Assembly: GCA_965247115.1 (NCBI GenBank) | Contig: CBDFGR010000003.1 | Span: 1,024,001-1,088,000 of the forward strand | Length of the DNA stretch: 64,000 nucleotides | Direction of reading: 5' to 3' | From: Myxococcota bacterium | GTDB taxonomy: Bacteria > Myxococcota_A > UBA9160 > SZUA-336 | Shown here: piece by piece, positions 56,401 through 64,000 of the stretch | Numbering within the stretch: the first letter of the stretch is position 1 | How the letters are laid out: every line of letters starts with the position of its first letter | Notes under the pieces: model-generated | The model's input: only the letters and a program-made list of their open reading frames with translations | What the model was told of the DNA's origin: nothing | Databases searched by the model: none | Made by a program: the position numbers and the translations under genes

Positions 56401-56985
56401 TCGAAGCGCGCTCGACCAGGTTGTGGTGCGGGAAGGCTCGATTGAGCTGGCCAAGGATCTCGTCAAGACCGCCGCCGTTGCCCCTCGGGACGGGGGCCGG
56501 ATGATGCCTAGGACGCGCCGATCACTCTCTGCATGTCGGACCAAAGCTCCGGGGCCGACGGGCGAACGTCGGGCAAAATAGCCGTCCGCGGTGCCACGTA
56601 GTGCCGCCTACGTGCCACCAAGTGCCGCTATCACGGCGTTCGTACTCTGAACACCGTGCACACTTTCGCTTTTCCGCTTCCACGCTGCGCAGCCTCTTTC
56701 GCAATAATTTTCCGGCGATCTCTCGCAATAATCCGGTGACGTGGCCGCACCCTCTTCGACGAGCTGCGCGCCGAGCAGGAGGCCGACGCGCCCACGCGCG
56801 CAGCTGGGCCGAACAGAAGTTCCGCCGTCAGTTAGGCCTGTTCTCCTACGGGTTGATCTCCCTGCCCTGACAATCGTCGGCGTTAAACGCGCGGCCCTCG
56901 TTCCTCCGTCCGCCAAGCCTCGATTCCCGTATTCAGCACCGAATTGGAGGGCAGCCCCACTTCCCGTCTCGCCCAGCTTAGCCAG

Positions 56986-57248
56986 TCAGGGTTTCTCCAG
57001 CTCCACCTTCTTGCACAACGCCAAAAGTGAGCAGCCATATGACGGATTCAGCTCGACAAGCAACATCCGCTCGGCCTCTACTCGCGTCAGCAACTCTGCT
57101 GGGCGCTTATTGTCGTTCTTCGAGCCGGTAAGATCGAAAAGACGATTGAGTGTCTCCCCATCCGTCGCCTTGCAGCTCCGAACGACCACATCCAGAATGA
57201 TATTGCCCTCACGAAAGTCGTGTGCCTTAAGTCTTTCTACCTGGCGTA
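56986..57248 (-). pseudogene. Putative immunity-type protein, 5' end cut by IS256
   Basis: DFREGNIILD...ELNPSYGCSLLALC; lower GC; downstream of RHS gene. Confidence 0.4.
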
Positions 57249-58673
57249 GGGGGATGTCCCGGAGGCTGTTGGACTTGAAGACTTGAAAGACTGAGAGCGG
57301 CGGCTCCTTCCGCCTCCGTGTGTTACGGAGGTGGTGCCAACCATAAGGAAGGAGCCACCATGGCCAAGCATGCCAGTCCGCCCGCTCATCTCCAAGTCGT
57401 CGAGTCTCCGAAGACCGTGGCGGTCCAGATCCCGCTGCCCGTTCTGGGGGCGCTCGTGGACGCGAAGAGTGCCCTGTTCGACCTGTGTGTCGGCGTGGGC
57501 CAGCAGGTCCTGGGCGTGCTGATGGAGCACGACCGGGACACGTTCTGCGGCCCGAAGGGGAAGCAGGACCCCAAGCGGAAGGCGGTCCGCGGGGGCAGCA
57601 CGCGCTCAGAGGTAACGCTCGGAGGACGCCGAATCCCGGTCCGTCGGCTTCGGGCACGAGGCGCCGCAGGCGAGCTCGCGCTGCCGAGCTTCGTCTTTGC
57701 TGCCGACCGGGATCCGTTGGATCGACACACGCTAGAAGCGATCGCGTGCGGCGTATCGACGCGCAAGTACGCGCGGAGCCTCGAGCCGCTCGCCGAGGGG
57801 GAGGAGCGGAGCATCTCGAAGAGCGCTGTGTCGCGGCGATTCGTGGCGCTGTCCCAGCAGCAGATGACAGCGTGGCTGACCAAGCCGCTTCACGACGTGG
57901 ACCTCCGGGTCCTGGTGATCGACGGAGTCGTGTTTCGGGACCACACGATCCTGATCGTGCTGGGTGTGGACAGCGACGGGCGGAAGCACGTCCTGGGCCT
58001 GCGCGAGGGCACGACCGAGAACAGCCGGGTAGCGCAGGCGCTGCTCCGCGATCTGCTCGAGCGGGGTCTCGACTCCGAGCGCGCACGCGTCTTCGTGATC
58101 GACGGGTCGAGGGCGCTGCGGGTCGCGATCCGCAAGACCTTCGATCGGCTGGGGGTCGTGCAGCGCTGCCAGATCCACAAGCGGAGGAACATCCTCTCGC
58201 ACTTGCCCGAGGCACTCCACGCCAGCGCGTCCAAGGTCCTGGTCGAGGCCTGGGACAGCCCGGACGCGGAGCTGGCGGAGCGTCGTCTGCAGAGGCTCGC
58301 CGACTCGCTCGAGACCGAGCATCCCGGAGCCGCGGCGTCGATCCGCGAAGGCCTCGAGGAGACGCTCACACTCCAACGCCTGGGGCTCAAGGGCGCACTG
58401 TACCGGACCCTGCGGAGCACGAACACGATCGAGAACCTCAACGGTTCGGTCGCGACCTACACACGCAACGTGAAGCGGTGGCGTGGAGGCTCGATGCTCG
58501 TCCGCTGGGTCAGTGCGTCCGTGCTCGATGCCACGCGGCGCTTCCGAAGGGTCCGCGGATATCGAGACCTCGCCGCCCTCGTCGTCGCACTGCAGAAGGT
58601 CGAAGACCAACAGCAAGACGCCATCCACCCTTTATCATCGACTAAGTTTCCATATGCATCATGCGGCTCATAG
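57249..58673 (+). mobile_element. IS256-family element (transposase 57360-58673; right IR not found)
   Basis: VIDG, VIDGSRAL, QRCQIHK, LRSTNTIEN motifs. Confidence 0.9.
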
Positions 58674-58853
58674 CCCCTCAAAACCAAAGACGGCGATGTC
58701 TCGTTCGGTGTTGAACTTCGAGAACGGCGGCTCCGGGTAGGTAAATCTTCCCACCTACCAGCAACTTGCTCAATGGTAAAGTCTTCGTCAACGGACCTTT
58801 CGACGCCTTGCGCTTTCGTAAAGTCCATGAAGCTATCGAACTCACTCTCTTTT

Positions 58854-61020
58854 TCATGTAGCCTCTGCAAAGGCTACGGTATCGGCGCCGTTAGCGAACT
58901 TTTCGCCGCCTAGGGTGGAGGTCGTGTCGGTAACGACCGCATCGCTGACGGTTCGGCTCTGCGCTGGAACCGGGCCGGTTGCCGAGTCGTCGACGTTGTC
59001 CTGCCTGGAGCGGCTGTGCTCCGAGCCGACGTCCCCGCCCGCGCCCTGGGGAGGTGTCTCGATCGGATCGGCGGGGCTTTCGGTATCCGCACGCGAGAAC
59101 ACTCGACCGAGGTGATCGGCAACGAACTTGGCTAGGCCGCTGAGGAAGGTCGCCATTCGGATGCCTTGGGACACGGTCGGGAAAGAAAAGTCGCTAGACA
59201 CGATCTTGAAAGGAACGCCGATGACCACGATCTCGTCGGGCACGTGCAAGTAGCCCGAGGGGTCGGTGAAGGACAGCGGATTGTTGTGTGTGCAGGTGTA
59301 GCGGTTCCATCCCTGGGTCGACCCGGGGAATTGGATGAACGGATCCGCGCTCAGGAACCGGCCCAGGACCGGGTCGTAGACCCGGCCGTTCATGTGGACT
59401 AGCACGAAGTCGTCCAGATGCTCGTGGTCGGTGAACCCGCGCGGGGTCTGGACCCCGGCAATCGCCAGCGCCGCGTCCCCCCAGGCGTCCTCTCCCGAAG
59501 CCACCCGCCGCATGCCGAACGAGTCGTAGGCCAAGCGCTCCACCACCGCGCCGCTCGCGTCTGTAATGGTGTCGACCGAGCCCAGATGGTCCCGGTGCAG
59601 ATAGCGCAGTGCCGTACTCGGTGTCGCCGCATCGTCGCGGGTGTGCATCGCGACCCGCGTGCCCCGGGCGAAGATATAGTGGATGTTCCGCGTCGCCTCG
59701 CCGGTCTTGGCCACCTGCTCAAACCAGCCCCCGACATACGTGATGGTGGTCGTCACCGCCCCCTGCACCTTGGTCTGTCGGCTGCGGGCCCGCTCCGGGT
59801 CGTATTCGAAGGTCGTGCTGGTTGCGGTGTCCACGACGGTCTTGGGCTTGTTGAAGCTGGTCCAGGTGAGCGTGCGCCCGGCGCCGGAGATCCGATTGCC
59901 GTTGTCGTCGTAGGCGTAGGTGTTGCCGCCCGCGCCGACCACCGCGTGCGGGCCCGCGTCCCCCGCCCCGGCCTCGTTGCTTGTGCCGTAGACGTAGTCC
60001 GCCGCCCCCACATCGGACTTGTGGACGATGTTTCCGATGGCGTCGTAGCGGTAGCTCTTGGTCTCCCGCGTGCTGTCGTCGTCGGCGTCGTAGACCGTCG
60101 CCCCTGTCAGCCGATTCAGGGAGTCGAAGGTGAAGGTCTCGTACACGTCCTGGAGGAAGTCCTCGCGGCTGGTCAGGTTGCCCAGGCGGTCGAACCCATA
60201 GCCCAGGTCCTGGACGCTGGCCGTATCCCCGGGACCCGACTGGATCGCCGTGACCGCCCCGGTCTTGGGATCGTAGGTCCGCGTCGTGCCGATGCCGTTG
60301 CCGAAGTCCGCCTCGGTGATCTGGCCCGCGGCATTCATCTCTTCCGCCGTCCAGTACACTGTCGCCGGCGTCGCCGCGTTGGAGACGGACTCCAGATATC
60401 CGCTGGCCGTGTAGCCATGCGCCACGGCAAAGCCGGTCTCCGGATAGGTCAGCTGCGCCACCCGGCTGGCGCCGTCGTAGCTCCTCGTGACGCGGTAGCT
60501 GTCCTGACCCAGCGTCACCGTTTCGCTAGAGGCCCGTCCCCGCAAGTCATAGACGTGGCTGCGCTCGTACCCGCCGGGACCGCTCACCCGGTGCAGCTTG
60601 CCCGTGCCCCAGGCGGCCGTGTCGTACGTCCAGCTCGTCGTACCCTCGGCCTCGCTGCGCCCCGTCATCCGCCCCAGCAGATCGTAGGTCAGGCTCACGG
60701 TCTGGGCCACGGCGTCGGTCTGCGACACCAGCTCGCCCAGCGCGTTGTAGGTGTAGGTCCAGGTCCCCATGTCGGGGTCGTCTCGGCGGACCTGGCGGCC
60801 CCGGATGTCGTAGCTGAGCGTGATCGCATCGTCCGCCGCTCCGGTGGTGGTCCGCCGGTTGCCCCACACGTCGTAGGTGTAGCTCGTGGCATTGCCCAGC
60901 GGATCTTCCACCCGCACCGGCTGGCCCCGCGCATGGCGGTCGCGGGTCGTCGTGCGGGCCGTCGTGCTGCCCGCCGGGAACACCTGGATGCGCTGGCGCA
61001 CCGCGTTGTTCGACAGGCCC
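58854..61020 (-). pseudogene. RHS/YD-repeat toxin, N-truncated with eroded C-terminus
   Basis: YD repeats; GFTDHEHLD, HMNGRVYDPVLGRFLSADP, NNPLSFTDPSG core. Confidence 0.92.
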
Positions 61021-61629
61021 CGCGTCGGCTTCATCGTCACCAACCTGTCCCGCCCCGCCGAGCGGGTGGCAGCCTTCTACAATAAGCGCGGTACGGCAGA
61101 GCAATGGATCAAGGAGGGCAAGAACGCCATCAAGTGGACACGACTTTCGTGCAGGAAGTTCCGCAACAATGCCGTCCGGCTCCAGCTTCATGCCCTGGCC
61201 TACAATCTGGCCAACTTCATGCGGACTCTGGCCTTGCCCAAGGAGGTGGAGCACTGGTCTCTGACCCCACTGCGGGAAAAGTTGGTGAAGATCGGTGCGA
61301 AAGTGGTCAGCCACGGGCGCTACGTCACGTTCCAATTGGCCGAGGTGATGGTGCCGAGAGACTTGTTCCAGAAAATCCTGCGGCTGATCGATGATCGGCG
61401 ACCAAGACCCGCCCCGGCGTAGACCGAGGCAATCGACGGCAAGGTGAAAATGATCGGAGAGATGCGTCTGGATGACGGAAAATAGGGGCAAATGGCCTTC
61501 CGGACACAGGAAAACCGAGAACATCAGGTCATCGGATGCCCGCGGAGAACATTCTGTTCCCTCGACGATGGTACGGGGGTATGATTTCCACAAGCCTGGA
61601 GGTTATCTGGGAAATGTCGGGTGAATCCG
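61020..61629 (+). mobile_element. IS1380-family right part (3' transposase plus IR)
   Basis: RVGFIVTNL, FYNKRGTAEQWIKEGK, LREKLVKIGAKVV.HGRY; IR complementary to 48030. Confidence 0.9.
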
Positions 61630-61845
61630 CAGTTGAGCGCGGACGACTGCTAGACGAGCTCTCGACCGGCTCGGTCAAAGGGTGAATCCACGCTCCTCGC
61701 GGACGATCCGGGAGATCTCAGTCCACAACGTGCAGCTCCTGGCGAACCCGGACTACTCAACGAACGCGCCAGGAGCCGCTTGGCATCGTCCCCGATGGCC
61801 GCGGTCTGCCGGGAGCGAGATCGACGGAGACGAGGAACAAAGACC

Positions 61846-63129
61846 ATGAAACGCAAACCAAAAGGCCCGAAGTACCGGAACCTCTCCGCCCGCGGCAATG
61901 CAATCTACTATGAGCGGGTCATCAATGGCCGCCGAGTCAGGATCTCTGCCAAGACATCCGATTGGGATGAGGCGGCAGCATTTCGAGATCTGTACGAGGA
62001 TGCGAAGCGCACCGGAGCGTACCCAGTGCGCATGTCCGACACACCGACGGTCGCTGAGTTCGCTCCCCAATACCTTCGAGAGGGCATCGACCACCTGGCC
62101 GCGACGACGCAGGCGGACCATCGAAGAGAACTCGGCGATCATCGACCCATCCCGACGTTCTTCGGTCACGTGAAGCTCGCCGAGATCACGAGCGGACAGA
62201 TCCGGCACTTCTGGGCGACGCACGTGAAAGCGAACGGACTCGCGAAGAGCACGGGCGACAACTACGTCGCAGTGCTCGCCGGGATCCTCACCCACGCCCG
62301 CGAGGAGGATCTCGTCCCCGTAGATTACGACCCGATCCGCGAGTGGCGAGAGGCGGGGAAGCACCGGAAGCGAGGAAAGCGCGCACGCGCAGCAGCCGAC
62401 GTCGGTGCCAAGGTCAACCCGATCGAGGATCCTGGGGTCCTGGAGAACCTCCTCGACGCGGCTGAGGCTCGCGGCACCACGGCACGGCTCGTCGCCCTCC
62501 TCTGCCTCGACGCCGGGCTTCGGCTCGGGGAAGCGATCGGGCTGCGATGGGGAGATGTGCACTGGGGAGACGGCGAACGGGACCCCAGGCGCCACCTGCG
62601 AATCCACCGGAACCGCCCGAGGGGCGGAGTCGAGGAGCTTCCCAAAAGCGGGCTCAGCCGCAACGTTCTCTTGAGTATGCGTCTCTGGCGGGCGCTCCGA
62701 TCCGAATACAACCAACGCAGGCTCGAGCCCGACAGTCTCGAGCAGCTGGTGCTCGCCTCTCCCACTGGCGAGCCCCTCGATCCGAACAACTTCCGCCACA
62801 GGCTCTGGAAGACCGTTCTCAAGAAGGCCGACGTCGGCCACTGGACGCCGAAGGACCTCCGAGACTCTTACGCGAGCCACCTGCTAACGCAGGGGGTCTC
62901 GGTCTCCTGGGTGAGTCGCCAGCTCGGACACGCCAGCACGGGAGTCACAGAGAACCACTACGCGACGTGGATCAATGTCGACGGGGTCCCCGTGTACCAC
63001 GCGCCCGCGCTCGACTGGGAGAACGGCGAACAGCCGCCTGATTTGCTCGCGAAGCTCCAGGCTGGCCAGAAGGAGGACGAACTGGAAAAGTACCCCCAGA
63101 AGTCCCCCCATTCGGCCGAGGCAGCCTAG
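61846..63129 (+). CDS. Tyrosine integrase of the tRNA-Asp island
   Basis: GLRLGE, KDLRDSYAS (KxxR variant), QLGHAS, HYA; ends about 40 bp from att. Confidence 0.93.
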   Translation: MKRKPKGPKYRNLSARGNAIYYERVINGRRVRISAKTSDWDEAAAFRDLYEDAKRTGAYPVRMSDTPTVAEFAPQYLREGIDHLAATTQADHRRELGDHRPIPTFFGHVKLAEITSGQIRHFWATHVKANGLAKSTGDNYVAVLAGILTHAREEDLVPVDYDPIREWREAGKHRKRGKRARAAADVGAKVNPIEDPGVLENLLDAAEARGTTARLVALLCLDAGLRLGEAIGLRWGDVHWGDGERDPRRHLRIHRNRPRGGVEELPKSGLSRNVLLSMRLWRALRSEYNQRRLEPDSLEQLVLASPTGEPLDPNNFRHRLWKTVLKKADVGHWTPKDLRDSYASHLLTQGVSVSWVSRQLGHASTGVTENHYATWINVDGVPVYHAPALDWENGEQPPDLLAKLQAGQKEDELEKYPQKSPHSAEAA

Positions 63130-63176
63130 AGTCTGGTGCAGAAGCAGCGCAAGTCACTGACTTGACGAAGGTTTGC

Positions 63177-63253
63177 TGGCGGAGCGGACGGGATTCGAAC
63201 CCGCGACCTCCGGCGTGACAGGCCGGCATTCTAACCAGCTGAACTACCGCTCC
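63177..63253 (-). tRNA. tRNA-Asp (GTC)
   Basis: GGAGCGGTAGTTCAGCTGGTTAGAATGCCGGCCTGTCACGCCGGAGGTCGCGGGTTCGAATCCCGTCCGCTCCGCCA, full cloverleaf with encoded CCA. Confidence 0.98.
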
Positions 63254-63297
63254 GAGCGCAGGGTTGGTACCGAAGAGCGCCAGGGTGCGCAATTCTA

Positions 63298-63921
63298 ATG
63301 GCTGTGGGGAGCGAGGCGAGAGCAGATCTCGAGTTTCTCGGGGAGATCCTGGGTCTCTCCCGCGATCCCTCGCTGAACCTGGATGAGTTCGTCGGGAAGC
63401 TCGGCGTGCCCCCCGGGTTGCCAGAGGACGTGGTTCGCGCTGCCGACTCCGCGCTCTATGGAATGGAGGGAAAGATCACACGCCTCGAGCGCGCGGTTCT
63501 GATCCTCGGCGCGCGTACCGTCGCCTCGATCGTCTCTGGGCTCGTCATCCGACGGACTCTGGTCGAGTCGGCGCCCGGCCAAAAGGGACACGCCATCTGG
63601 CTGCACAGTCTGGAGACCGGTATCTGCGCCGAGCTTGTCGCAACGTGTCTGGAGCTAGGCTCCGAGTCGGACGCGTACGTTGCCGGCCTCCTCCACCACC
63701 TGGAAGCGAATGAGCTCCGCGACACCGTGCAGGGACAGCGACACGCCACCCTGGTGCGCGCGGCGCACGCACTCGTTGAGGAGCCGTACGCCGGCTGGAA
63801 GGACGGTTTGCCCGGCGATCAGCGGACTCTCGCGGATCTCGGCCTGCTCAGCGCTGACCTCGTGGAGATTCGCCGAGCCACCCGCGAGCGCACGAAGGCC
63901 CTCACCAGCGTATTTGGCTGA
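63298..63921 (+). CDS. HDOD domain protein
   Basis: ADSALYG...ITRLERAVLILG...WLHSL...AYVAGLLH. Confidence 0.82.
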   Translation: MAVGSEARADLEFLGEILGLSRDPSLNLDEFVGKLGVPPGLPEDVVRAADSALYGMEGKITRLERAVLILGARTVASIVSGLVIRRTLVESAPGQKGHAIWLHSLETGICAELVATCLELGSESDAYVAGLLHHLEANELRDTVQGQRHATLVRAAHALVEEPYAGWKDGLPGDQRTLADLGLLSADLVEIRRATRERTKALTSVFG

Positions 63922-64000
63922 TGCATCGGACCTCCTGATCCGAAGCGGGGCTCGAATCGGCCCTCCGGGTGCACAGACGGACTCTTGCCCGGAAGGGCAA

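Noticed and set aside
59418..61085. Long antisense or alternative-frame ORFs (also 39051-40601, 12802-14271, 61753-62880, 22114-23340)
   Set aside because: Shadow ORFs of real genes in GC-rich DNA, with no protein motifs.

Overview
GC-rich bacterial DNA. Almost the whole window (3211-63225) is one genomic island integrated at the 3' end of a tRNA-Asp(GTC) gene. The intact tRNA is at 63177-63253 (-), a 55-bp direct repeat sits at 3211-3265 and 63171-63225, and a tyrosine integrase lies next to the tRNA. Inside, the island is a heavily decayed mosaic with these parts: a satellite/prophage-like block (Xis, hypotheticals, apparently intact lambda-type TerS/TerL and S49 protease, broken gpW/portal/decoration genes, no recognisable capsid gene); a second xis+integrase followed by a lone tRNA-Phe 3' half (an attP-like site for a different tRNA); lysis, tail and Mu-gpF scraps; defence remnants (type III Res, BrxHI/Lhr-like and DEAD helicases, SIR2); a truncated RHS toxin; many IS relics (IS256, IS3, IS6, IS21, IS481, a split IS1380); and intact catabolic or envelope cargo (TonB receptor, amidohydrolase, carboxylesterase, PhyH dioxygenase, GDH, DUF5916, DoxX, bactofilin). 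Several non-coding repeats are not explained by these genes: a duplicated 434-bp element with a tRNA-3'-like core and a ~39-bp inverted-repeat motif, helically phased GTGCC arrays, and a 49-bp inverted pair. No CRISPR array or rRNA was seen. All family calls come from motif recognition by eye, not database searches.
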